Shown: positions 48,868 through 61,495 of the stretch, one piece after another
Layout of the letters: each line of letters begins with the position of its first letter
Numbering within the stretch: position 1 is the first letter of the stretch
Assembly (NCBI GenBank): GCA_002633005.1
Contig: NMRA01000014.1
Span: 672,955 to 736,954 of the forward strand
Direction of reading: 5' to 3'
DNA length: 64,000 bases
Source of the DNA: Phoronis australis
Lineage: Eukaryota; Animalia; Phoronida
The notes under the pieces: generated by a model
Database searches by the model: none
What the model was told of the DNA's origin: nothing
The model's input: the letters and a program-made list of their open reading frames with translations, nothing else
Translations under genes and position numbers: made by a program

Positions 48868-51800
48868 TAGTCCACGAGAGCACCAACCATGAGCGGCAAG
48901 GTGGGGGTCAGCCGATTTTCACCAAATTTGGCACATATGTAGTCCTATGGGATCTATAAACAGCGGTAAAATATTTCCTCAAAATATTGTGTTTTTCTAA
49001 AGTTATAGGTTCAAACACATTTTACGGTTTCGCAGCCATGTTTTCACGGTATAAAAACTGTCCAGTTTCAACTGTTCATATTTTTCCTTGAATGAAAGCT
49101 ATTGATTTATTATTCACTTGGCATTGTTTAGTGGTGCCTATAGATTGTTACGCAGATGTCTTGAAACACGATTCCGATTTACCGCCCTCATTTAGTAGTT
49201 TTACTACACTGCCCCCCGTTATGCCATTTTGAGGTTGTGTTCAGTACACTGCTGTACCAAATCTGCCCCCACTGCTATGAGAATGAAACTTAGCCAAAAT
49301 GCTGACAAAACATGTTACTTTCATTGCATAAAATAAAAACTTTGTCAGCCAGTTTATTAGTTATACATTTTGGCACCTCAAATGTACTAAAATGAGAAAT
49401 TGTCATATATCTGAGATCGATGCGTGAGCACCGTAAAATCCGATTGTCCTTCATATTTTTCGATATTTTGCAACAAGTTAGTTCCTCCTGAATGTTTTGA
49501 ACGTTTTACTACTTATCACTTTGGGCTATAGTACCCCTAAATACCACACATGGCTCCATTTTGTAAAAAGCCGATTATGTCCTCCGCAGTGAACAGGGTT
49601 AGACATGAACTCGACAAATGTAGGTTATTTTGATTTACAGTTGTTTTACTTTGCAATTTCCTCATGGGTATTTCTTCACACATATTCAAGTCAGATTTTC
49701 TGTTGATCAAATGTTCATGCAATGCATTGTAATATCAAATGAATGATAAGTTTGGTGGCATGACCGCAGTTTTTCCCACGACTTAAAACAAAAGACCGCA
49801 GAAATTTTCCTGACGAAATACCGGGTTTGCAGTTCTCTAAAAACATTCGAATGACAAGACAAACTCCACCACTGTCTGTGGCAACTCGTCGCATGTTTTT
49901 CGCCCATCGGTCCTATCATTGTTTTCCATTGTTGTGTCACTGTTGGATATAACAACACAGGTCGCATGGATATAGAACCTTGCGTACATCAGACCGTTGC
50001 TGATAAGTGCTCGTCATTATATCTTTATTATAACAATGAAGATGCTAATCTATTGTTCTCTATGCGACCAGGTTTCCCGTGGATGACCACAGAAGAGGAA
50101 TCCCAAAGTATCCACAAACAATGACCACGCACCTTAGTAACTATTACCGCGCACACGAATCCTTTCCGTGGAACCTAAACACCAAATTTTTATATCCGTG
50201 TATTGTGTTGTATTGCTCATGGTACGGGTTCAGAGACTCTGTTGTATTAAGATTCCAATCCCCAACCCAATCTGTAGTTTGAGTAAAATTTCAAGACAAT
50301 GCAGGTTTATGGATTTATTCTCCTTAAAATGAAGAGTAAAAATCAAATTCTGCACAGGTTTTTTAAAAGTAATCACTTATTGGAAGATCACACATCTAAA
50401 AAATAAAACAATGTTTGACAATTTTATTCATTATCTTATTTGAAAATTGCCTACCTCACAAACAACTCATCTAAGCTGAAAATATTCCTTGTGAAAAAAT
50501 ATAAAATACCAACCAGAGACTTGTGTACTACAGAATATGTTTTCGTAATACAATGCAAAGATAATTGTACAGTCAAAAGTGCAAATATTATGAGTCTAAT
50601 AAAAAATTGCCTTCTAGATCTTTTCAACACTCTAATTGCTACAGGACAGAGTCAACCACACAAAGCCCATAAAGTCAGGGAATTACATTTAAGGTGATGT
50701 AGTCTCACTGCGAAAAAGTGATTTCACAATATCGCTGACAACACTGGAAGTCTCTTCTTCACAAACTTGAGGTAGCTGTATTTACCACATCAATGTTCTT
50801 ATCAAAACTAACCACCACAAAATGAAAAATTGGCATGTCGGTTCCAATTAGGCAGCATTTTACAATGAAATGGTCATGAAAAAATACTTTTGCAACATGG
50901 TTTGCATTACAATTGCCCTACGATTACAGTTGTACATACATACTAGACCACTAACAAAATTACCCATGGGAACCATAAAATGGTCAATTCGCCAAAAAAA
51001 CAAGGAGCCACCAGAGCTAATGTGCCAATACTTTTCAGTACTGCAACAAAAATCATTTGAAGTGGACATAAACTCGCCTAGAATCGCATAAAACAACTTT
51101 TGATTTAGACATTTTACCATCACGAAATAGGTATTACTTCCAGGTCACTTTTCAGAACTTTGAAAGATCTGGCAATATGCAATTGCTAGAGACCAGACTA
51201 ATAGTGTGTGATTTTATACACACAGCATGGTCTCAAGGAATAGCAAACTGTCAATTCGCTATAATTCCAGAAATCACTTCCCATCTGGATAAGGAACAAA
51301 CTGAGCAAATTTTATACAGGTAAGTGGTCTAAATCAAAACTTATTACCTCCTGGACAGAATATGGGTTTACAACCCAGGTAGAAAGATAAGTTAACAAAA
51401 CCAGCCTAACTGCAACAGGGTCTCAAATTTCAGTAATATATACCCATTTACAAACAAAAATCTATAATGGTAAATAAAATGCGGAAACATAAATTCAGAT
51501 CAATTATGCATCTTCAAGGAAAATGAACAGTACAGTGGTCAGAAATCATCTAAATGTGATGGCCACACTGAGAAATCCTGTCAGACCAAAAAATCCAGTG
51601 GCTAAACAAAATGAACAATGTACCATTACCATGTGGCCCAGGATCATGATCCGTGCCCGGAGAAAAATTCAGTCTTAGACTAGGTAAATTTTAGATTTGT
51701 GCTGTTCACACAAGCAGTTCTGGTGCAAACAAAGCTTGCGACAACACACAAGCCTACTTCCCTACACAGCTGTGCTGATACAATAATGCCCCCACTGGAT

Positions 51801-53907
51801 TTAGCAGATCAGCCAGAGTATTTACAGGTCCAGCCACTGTACTGTTTCCTCCTTTTGAGTTTTTACAATGCTACATCCTTGACAATCGCAGATTGCCTCT
51901 TTCAATGCATACCCCACTTCCTCTGTCCCAGTTTCCCCACATTTGCTGAGAGTTGTCTATCTCAAGAAATTACTTTGGACCTGTTGTGGTATAAGCCAGT
52001 AATCTTTGGCAAATACTTTTCCCCCCGACTCGTTCCTCAAGCAACAAATTCTCTTTGACATATCTTCTGGGAGTAGACTTTACGGCCTCTCTCTAGCCCC
52101 CTCACTTAGTTGTCCAGAAGGGTACCTTCTTGCTGGTTGTGAACTTTTCCATACCCAACCCTTACTAATAATCGGCAAGTCTCCAACTTCAGCAGAAGCC
52201 ACTTCTTCAGCATAAGCCTATCCTTATTCCTAAAATTGTGTTTATGAAAAAATTAAACATATTAAATTTAATAGGGCCATTTCGGATCAGAAAATATGAA
52301 TACCAAGCTAAAGTGAAGGCGCCAATATTTTTGACGGCTTTAGCATGTTTAATTAACTTCATAATCGCAGAAATCCATTGGCAGACATAACATACTCCCT
52401 AGTCTCTAAAAGTAGTTCATGTTACACATTTGGTGGTTGTTATGAAAAGTTATAATGACTACCTATTTTCTGTGCCAATGTATACATGTAGTTGCATAAA
52501 CATCAACACATTTGAATAAGATATGATTAAGCAATAAGGCCCAAGTTATAAGCAATCACGGTGTGACAATAAAAGTATTTTTGCATGAATGACGTGCTTC
52601 TAAAAATATTCCTCAGGGTCATACCCTGGAGTTTAGTGATTCCTACCTGAGCTCATTCGAAGCAGGACGTTGAACCTTGACTTAACGTCTTTGGTCATTT
52701 TTCAGACCTCTATCAGGCTCTATCAGATTTCTCCTCTAGTTTGCAGTGGATGTTCTCAGTGTCTTTGGCGACAGCAATATATCTCGAGTGTTGTAACGAT
52801 GATTCGGGCAAGTGAATCTAATAAGGTAGATTATGTATCTCCTGCTCCACACCTGCCTCCGAGGCAGACACTGAGACAGACTACTTCTCAGGACTCAGGA
52901 GGACACGTTCCACCTCCACATCAGCTCCACGTACTCTTCTAAGGTGCTCAAATGTCTCGCTCTACGTACTCTTATAAGGTGCTCAAATGTCTCGCTCTAT
53001 ACCTTGTGCATTTCCCAAGAGTTTCCAAAGTTGTTTCTCTTCGCAATTTGTAGAAATACCACATTCGATGCGACTGGCAGTGCCAGATAAATAGATAAAT
53101 TCGCAAACCCGCACTTTAGGTCAGCCATCATTCAACTAACGCATTGTAAGCTTTAGTTTGGTATTCAGACGAGTTAGATGAACAAATTTAGTATAATTTC
53201 ATATTTTAGTGGGAAATGCTAGTGTCTTTAAAATTAATTAAAAACATTTAACCAAACCAATTCTTTTAATTGTTGTATTATACCACGGCATATTAATGCG
53301 TAGAAACGGCGCACAACTAGTGACAGGTTTAACATGACAAATACACATACGCGGTCTGAAAATAGTGAAATTCAGACACCTATTACCAAGCCTGCCTGAA
53401 GGGCTGACAAAGTTTTTATTGTATTAATTTCAAGGGCATGGAGTCTTCTACATGTCCATGTTATTATTTTTAGTTTTATCGCGGGGGCAGCTTCGCTATA
53501 AGGGTACAACTTACTGCTGGTTTTTCACAAGAAGGAAAGGTACCTCCACGGAAACAGTTCCAGTGTTACCATGGTAACAGATATTGCAGTGTCGGTGCCG
53601 TTTTTACTGACATTGGTCATGAACATATCGTGTGATATCAAAATTGTTCAGAAACGATTCTGTTTGAAGCAGAAACTGGAGTAGAAAATTTGGTCAAAAA
53701 TGACTCATTCCACAACAAGAAATTGCCTCATTTTGCCCCCAAGAACACTTCCCTCGTATCTCCTAAACCACCAAACTTTGTGGGGTCATACTTCACCCAA
53801 TTTCTCTCAGCCCTAATGTGATTTATCAGACTAAACATGGATCTGAATGGCTGACCCCCCACCTTGCCGCTTGTTGGCTGTACAGTGGTCGGTGGATCCG
53901 TGGACTG
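48868..53907 (-). mobile_element. Academ-like DNA transposon 3, decayed
   Basis: Left TAGTCCACG...GCGGCAAGGTGGGGGTCAGCC matches the revcomp of the right end CAGTCCACG...GCGGCAAGGTGGGGGGTCAGCC. Flanks GTAC/ATAC (3 of 4 match). Minus-strand relics DLLNPVGALLYQHSC (~51800) and IHATCVVI (~49960). Confidence 0.6.
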
Positions 53908-54949
53908 ATACTTAAATACAGGAGACTTCCAATACTTGAGTAAGCACGGTATACTATGTCAGTATGTTGAAGTATTCAACGGTTCTGTGAAGAACCATTT
54001 CGCACTATACCTATGGCTGTTACAAAATACAGCCAACGGTTATTTTAAAGGTCCTCTAACACTTTCAAGAAGAACCGCTCACTTGATAACGTTAAATTAG
54101 ACCGGACGTTGGACCAGTGAATTCGTTGCCGTGGCGCATTTATAATCCGAACAAAACTAACACATTTCTGAAACAAAAACGTTACAAAAATATCTTTTAC
54201 ATTCATAGACACTTTATGTACAATTACGCTTTTGTATTTTTGTCAGTACATGAACCCTGAATACCAAACTGTTCGGAGTAATTATGTGCTGCTATATGGT
54301 ATGCAAGAAGACGACAAAATCATTCAGCACTAAACTTTGAATTTAGCAATTACACGATCTGTAGCATTGCCCATAAGTATTCACGATACCAAGGGTAATC
54401 CTATTGGAAGACTTTAGACAGCGCTTCAATACCCAAATTGTTTTGTTTCGTTGTTCTAGACAGCAAAATAGATGCAAGAACTTTCCGCCACAAAACATTA
54501 ACCGGAAACTGGGATTGGAAATTCAGGAGAGTGCCTCTTCCTCTGGGATATTCCAAAGGAACATGTCGGAGTTGCGAATCTCGTATCATGATTGATGAAG
54601 TTTACTACATGTAGTTTATTCCCAAATGGATTTTCATGTGTTAAAGATGCTTGAAAAATTTAGAGATTATCTTGTGATTTTATCCCGTTGTTTATTGGTT
54701 GCATTTAGTGCAGTGTAAAGAAAAGTGAAGCTTCGTTAAAAGACTTCCTGTGGAGTTTGCTTGACGTTATCGTCGTGGGAAACGGTGAGAAGAGCGATTT
54801 TAGACTCAAGATCCTGACAAACAAAATCAGTCGTTCCGTAAATTCATATTGTGAAGAGGAGTTCCCCCGCGATACTTAAGGTAGTTTTTTTAATGACAAA
54901 GCGACCTTTAATGTCACGAGCGCAGATCCTGTAACGTTCGCCCCTTCTT

Positions 54950-57230
54950 ACTATTGAGATTTCAAAGACCTCGGTCTTATTGAGAAAAGCCTTTAACCGG
55001 AATGCCTGTGACGTATGAAGCTAACAAAATACACAGAGACGGCAACCCGGCAGTGAAAGAGGAATTGCAAGACGGCTGTCAACAAGGACTCCCGAACGCT
55101 CTAATTGATGTAATATATCGTCCAAAGAAAATGATATCCCGTCTTAAGACAATCAGCACACCGTTGCCACTATTCCTGTTCTGGCCACAATCATGATAAC
55201 ACCGTGCATTACCGATGTCGAGAATGGAACACTAGTGCCATCTCTAGGTGCGGTCATGAGAGAGAGCAATAAAGTTATATCATATGACAGTAGTTACATC
55301 GGTGTTGGTCTCGAGGTTCTGCCCAGCCAAGTCAATCGTTCAGGGCATGCTGCTTTAAAAGAGGAAGTTCACCACAACACTCAAGATTGTCATAATAACG
55401 ACAAGACCAACATGGCTGACCAGGTGACTGACATGTCATGTGGGGAAAACGAAATACCTGGAGATGGCATTCCGTCAATGAAAGGCCAGCGGCACGAACT
55501 GACCCCTATCGCTGATAGCAAAGATGCCAAAAAGCCCTGTAGGATATCATTGAATTTATAAAACCGCTCAGAAAAGAAGATCTCCTGACTGCGCATGTTC
55601 AACCAACTGAATTTATCGCTGCTATTCCCGTCGTGGCCGAATTCCCGGTAGTACCGTCCATTACTGATACCGGAAGTACAGTCAAGCGAGTTACAGGCTT
55701 GGTGATTGGAGAGAGCGATAAAGTTAGATCCCATGACTAAAGTAACAGTGATGTTGATCTCAAGGCTCTACCCGGCAAAATCTATTGTTCAGCGCATACT
55801 GAATTAAAATGAGAGATCCACCATTAACAGTACCGGTACAGATTGTCTTAATATCGACATGACGACGATGGATGATCTGGTGACTCAAATGTCATGTGAA
55901 GATAACAAAATACCTGGAGATGACATCCCACCACAAAGGGCCAGAAGCAAGACTCGACCCCAACAGCTTATAGCAAAGATGCCAAACACGGATTTTACTG
56001 AATTTATAAAACTGCCTAAAGAAGAAGAAATCCTAACTACGCGTGACCAACCTACGGAATTTGCTGCTGCTATTGCTGTCTTGACCAAACAGCCGCCAAC
56101 TAACGCCAATTACAGATATCAAAAATACGCTTAAGCCATATCTAGGCTTGGTCAGGAGAGAGAGAGCGATGAAACTACATTCCACGACGACGACTACTGA
56201 AAGAGGGGGTCCCTTACGGCAATCTAGGTTGTTGCGATGAAGACAATGCGAGATTGGATGTGACGGTCCACGGAAAACTTATAGCTAATTCTAGATATAA
56301 ATGATTCGTTTTCGGTTTGCTCTGAAGAAGAAGTTGACGGTGACGAACTATTAATAAATGACAAATTGTATAATAAGAGGCCGTGCCAGTTACTGATGAA
56401 GTCTTTGATGATTTTTTTTTCAATTTTGACTAGAGTACTGGAGAGGATCAAAGTTCTGGATACTACAGCACTGCAAAGGAGACGCAGAGTAACGTCGTCG
56501 TTGTGGCTATTCCACCGGAAGACAAACAACCACTCGCCCCTTCTTACCTAGAGGATATCAAAGACCTCTCTAGTACCAAGAAAAGCCTTTTAACTGAAAT
56601 TTCTGTGGCGTTTGGGGATAACAAAATACATGGAGACGACATCCCGGCAGTGAAAGGGGAACAGTAAGAATTGACCCCAACAGCTGACAGCAAAGTCACC
56701 CCGAACGCTCTGATTGATTTAATGAGATCGTCCAAAGAAAATGATTTCCTGTCTATGGGCAATCAACACACCGTTGTTCCCATTCCCGTTCTGGCCACAC
56801 TCACGATAGCACTACCCATTACCGATGTCGATAACCAAACAATCGTGCACCAGTCTCTAGGCATGGTCATAACAACAATGCTGGCCTCGCAGTCCTGTCC
56901 AGCAATATCGATCGCTCTGCGCATTCTGATTTAAAAGGGAAATCCTACCACAACACACAAGATTGTCATAATGATGACAAGACAATCGTGGAGTGCCTGG
57001 TGACTGAAATGTCTGTGACGTGCGAGGATAATATTCAGACTGGGCATTACCAACCTACTGAAATTGTTGCTGCTTTTCCCGTCGTAGCCGAACTCCCTTT
57101 AGCACCGCCAATTACCAATACCGAAAATACGCACAAGCCAGCTATATGTTATGGGTACTACAACAAAGTAGACGCAGAGTAACGACTTCGTTGTGGATAT
57201 TCCACCGGAAGACAAACAATCGCCATGGAA
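54950..57230 (+). repeat. Diverged tandem array of ~430-700 bp protein-like repeats (degenerate)
   Basis: Recurring (T)EMSCEDNKIPGDDIP..K.Q..ELTP.ADSK-like segments at ~55000, 55430, 55885, 56600 and 57000. Duplicated GACGCAGAGTAACG..CCACCGGAAGACAAACAA at 56481 and 57171. Confidence 0.65.
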
Positions 57231-57622
57231 ACGAATGAAACTACGCTTCCAGCAAAGATGTAGGAGACGTTTCTGTTGTGGAATTCTTGAGACCTAAGAC
57301 TGAGTACCTAAGCGGTTTGGACCCTCAAAAGACGCATTTCAATCTGGCATCTATTTAGCTTTTTAGTGGTGGCACCCACTCACTTAGTCCTCCTAAAAAG
57401 CAAAAACTTCGATTTTGTGGAGCCCAGAACTGACCGAATATTTTTGCATCAAGTATTGGTCCTTTTACACTTCCATGTTATTTAGTTTCTTCTAAGGGTA
57501 GATGGGGTACAAAGGTATAACGTACTGTTGTTTTTTAGTGCATGCAATGTGCCTTCACTGAAATGGTCCCAGTACAATGGTTACTGATATTTTAGTATCG
57601 GTACCAGTTTTGTTTACTTAGC

Positions 57623-58271
57623 AGCCGATTTCATGAAGGTGATTTAACAAAACCAGGTTTAAGTCTTAAACTTGGTCTTCCTAAACCTGGTGTAATTTTA
57701 GACCTAACTTACATTTCACCAACGTGGTTTAAAAGTCTGAAAGCTTGATTTTGTTAGACCAGGGAGCGGGTGACCCTACTGTTGATCTGGATTAACCCAA
57801 CAAAGAAACTATTTAAGTGCTTCAATGAAACCTTGATCATGTGGGACCCCTTTTTTTCTTGATTTTAGTGTTATCAAATCTATAATTTTCAAAATTTTGA
57901 CTTGATCCCCCTAAGTTAAAAAATCCTTGATCCGACCCCCCCACCCTAAAAATCCTGGATCCGCCCCTGCTATGTTTGATCTTGTGTCGTGGTAAAACTG
58001 AAAATTGAACATAGTTCATTCTGGCTCTAAAACTACGTCGTAAATGCACAAAGTGGCATCATTCATCTATAACGTTCAAGTCTGACATATTTAACAGTAT
58101 TAAACCTGAGTCTGACCAAGTCTAAAGTTAAACTTGGGTTAAGATCTTACTTCAGGTCTAAGGACTATGGACCTCGTTGGTGATCGAAAACTGACTTAGA
58201 CCTGGTCTAAACTGGAGTTAAACAGGTTTTACTTTTGGTCTAAAAGGTAAACCACCTTTATGAAATCGGCT
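57623..58271. mobile_element. MITE, PIF/Harbinger-like
   Basis: TIR AGCCGATTTCATGAAGGTG / CACCTTTATGAAATCGGCT, TTA/TAA near the flanks, internal AACCAGGTTTAA/AGACC repeats, no ORF. Confidence 0.6.
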
Positions 58272-59495
58272 TTAAGTGTCGATTTTACTCCCACAAGGCA
58301 GGCCACGTCTCTTTATTTGGTAGTACATTTACCGTATATGATCTTTGACCTTCGCTGTAAACAAAAACAATGGTGATTTCAAGTCACAGCAAGTCCGGCT
58401 TCTTGGAGTGTATGTGCGCATATATGTTATAAGACGCTGCGAATTTGAAACTGTATTTGGATGAAAGAGTTTATATTTCGTCAGTCTTACAAAAACATTC
58501 AATATGACGATGTTTTCAAGAAATTCTCTCACCTTCAAATCCCTAAGGAGTAGAATCGCCACGATCGCTTTAAGAATATTTTTACCAGTTCTCGCACTCC
58601 ATGCCTCTTTGTCCATAGCCCAAATATTTTTTACTTTCTTAACGAACCCCCACGAGATGCCTGCCACAAAATCAACGTCACTAATGTGGTTGTTAGGGGT
58701 TTATACTGGAGTGCGTTGCTGCTTGATTTTTGTACACAATCCGGCCGATCTTGCCTGCCTGAGAAAGTTGTCGGTAAACAGAGCCACAACCACAAACCCT
58801 CGGAAGATAACCACTACCTGTACAGTCAGATTCGTTACTAACATAACAATGAACGAAAATGTTTTCCGTTCATCTGAGGAAATGGAAACCTATCTATGCT
58901 TCCCATCATAATTATTTCAGTGACACTAATTCTTTTCAAAATTTAATCTTATTACCTCTTAGATTTCGCTGTCGGTGCCTTTTGCTGTCTTTTTATGCAG
59001 GTTTCCCTATCGGATTCTGCGCTGCTCAAATTTTCTAGTTTTGAATTTTTCCACGGTTTATGCCTAAATTCAGGGCAACTGCATCCCGCTTTGACAGGAT
59101 TCTGAAATTATGTTATAACCAGGGAGGCAATAGCGTCAGCGACAGGTGTCGGGAAGAGTTTGATGAGGTTGATTGTGCCCGAGTCTTCGAATGATAATTA
59201 GCATTTTTAACATGTCGCCAACACCTTCGCTCAGATATTTTCGTGGAAATAACGTTCCGTTGAATTACGCGTCGCCATCGTTACCTGTGAGGCTAACAAT
59301 AATATTGATTTATACGAGAGATTGTGTTCCACAGCTCTGTCAGCATGTCGGAAGCCTTGTCATCAAATCACACCTAAATGTAACTACTACTCTAACTACG
59401 TAGAGCAATATTGTGTGAGTCATTTGGGAGTTGGCAGCGAGCTAGTTAATACTTCGTTGCCGTGCTCTGTCGCATGCCGTTTAAGATATCAAATT

Positions 59496-59639
59496 ATGGA
59501 TGTGCAAACTGGAAACGAGGTTGAAGGAAAGAGAGACGGGCTGTTCGTGGATACATCGTTTCCACCCGACCATTCTTCATTGACATATGTGTATACAGGC
59601 GACATCAAGTATGATAAAATGATCTTCGTGCGACCTCAG
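59496..59639 (+). CDS. Calpain-family cysteine protease, probable first coding exon (start of CysPc domain)
   Basis: MDVQTGNEVEGKRDGLFVDTSFPPDHSSLTYVYTGDIKYDKMIFVRPQ matches the LF.D..FPP...SL...RP signature. Ends at a CAG|GTGAGT donor, phase 0. Confidence 0.75.
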
Positions 59640-61363
59640 GTGAGTTCATATCGGCGAATGGTCTTAAGTGTGCATGTACCCAAGCAATCAGGCGGATGGT
59701 CTTAACATTGGAACGTGGCTCGTTAACTCAAATTATAAAGTACATGTTTTGCTTTTGTTGACCACTTCCTCTAAATGGGAGCACAAGTACATGTAGGTCA
59801 ACTTAGAGGTCTCGTCAAAATCCTGGGCAACATCCAGCAGAACGAAATATAAGTACGGATACCAACAACTTTTACATTTTCAGCCCCATTTTCATTTCCG
59901 TGATTTCGTGTGTTTTCTTCAATCCAAATACTCGCGAAGGCGGTCGACGCTGTTTTCCATGAGATAAATAATGACAAAAGTAGAGGCACACCTAGCGAAA
60001 ATCGGGTCACTTTCCTCAGAGTCCGTTTGAGGACGGCAGGTGCGTGGAATTACAAGACAACACGAGAGAATAAAAACGAACACCAGGTGGTACTGTGTGC
60101 TTTCTTAAGAAAGGTTTCTAAATGTTAAATTCATTCTTTCAAAGTGGTTTTGTACCCAGGAAGAGGTTAACATCTAAGCGATTTTCCTATTTCAAATTTA
60201 TCGGTTAATAATCAAATTCAGCTATTTACCGTGAAAACTACGGTTAACGCATCGCCTACGGTGCAGCGGATAATAGGCGACAATGGTTTTCTACTGGCAT
60301 TTAGCGGCATTTGTCTAATATTTGTTGAAATTGCTGTTATCACCGATCAAAATTTAGAGGGGAGAAGCTGCTATTTCTTCAAACTAAAGACATCTCAGTT
60401 ATTAATAGTTTCACCTAGGTTTTAAACAAGATATATGTCAAAAGACTTGTGACATGTCATGTTCCCGTTTTTCCTGATGCTGTGTAGCCACGCTTAAGCA
60501 TTGTTCAACTGAAAACAAAAACAACACAATATGTCGCAGAATCAAGTCCTTGAGATATGGACAAATCGTCTGCACACTTACCACATCAAGGTACGGTTCT
60601 TTGGTTCCAAAAGCTACCTCAACTTAGTATTTTTATTTTGCAGATAATTTTAATCCAACGTTTTATGAAGTGAAATGACAAATATGCTTTGTAAAACCAA
60701 ATCTTTGATATTCATTGAAATATTGTGTTGTCTTCCAGCAAATACACACGCCTCTTTTAACAGATACAGTACTTGACCCTGTAATGTACGCAGATATTCA
60801 AATGATGTTTGACCGGGAGGATTAGTGTTCGTAAGCAGAAAACTTCAACGACCTTCACTCAAACAAATTTTTTGCTCCCTTTTTCCAATTATGAAGATGA
60901 AGTTTTCAACCACTAATGGAGATTCTTATATAAATATTTACGAAGAGGCATTTCCAATCTTGATTTGCTTTTCGTAGGAACCGGTACCTGTAAAAGAAAA
61001 AAGAAAAACAAGTGTACTTGGTAGCCATCTTGATACATCAGTGTTCTCCACGACCAGTTTTTACCTGTCGCTTCAACAGGATGGAGTTCAGTAACGGAAA
61101 GACCTCGCTACAGCCTCGCTAAAATCATGCGTTCTTATTTAAAATACAAGGCAACATCTCACGTAATCTCGCGAAGTCTTGTTTTTTAGCGAAGTCCGAG
61201 TGTTACTGAACTCAGGTCCAGTTTGCCAGTGCGTCCATCAGGTTTGGGTAACCTGCAACGTACGGGCTTATTTTGCCCATAGCAAAGAATGGCTGCCAAG
61301 TCGAGTCTTTCTAACAGGTTTGGGTTTTCAGTTGTGGGGAACATTGACTATGTGGCATGTCAC

Positions 61364-61495
61364 CAGGGGCAGATCCAGGGTTTTGAGTTGGGGGCAGGGC
61401 AGAGTATTAGCCAGCTAGGATTTTGCCCTCGAGACATTCGCACCCCAAACTGCTAATTGGGGGCCATTGTCTCCTTCCCCCCATTTCCGCCACTG
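61364..61495 (+). mobile_element. Short GC-ended MITE-like repeat (second copy)
   Basis: CAGGGGCAGATCCAGG...TTTCCGCCACTG; shares its core with 17841-17996. Confidence 0.55.

Noticed and set aside
52928-53000. 36-bp direct duplication (similarly a ~23-bp one at ~24970-25012)
   Set aside because: Ordinary slippage duplications inside decayed TEs.
58329-58911. Overlapping 112 aa (-) and 135 aa (+) ORFs with hydrophobic stretches
   Set aside because: No motif I can recognise, and the extended minus frame has an in-frame stop. Cannot be supported without a search.
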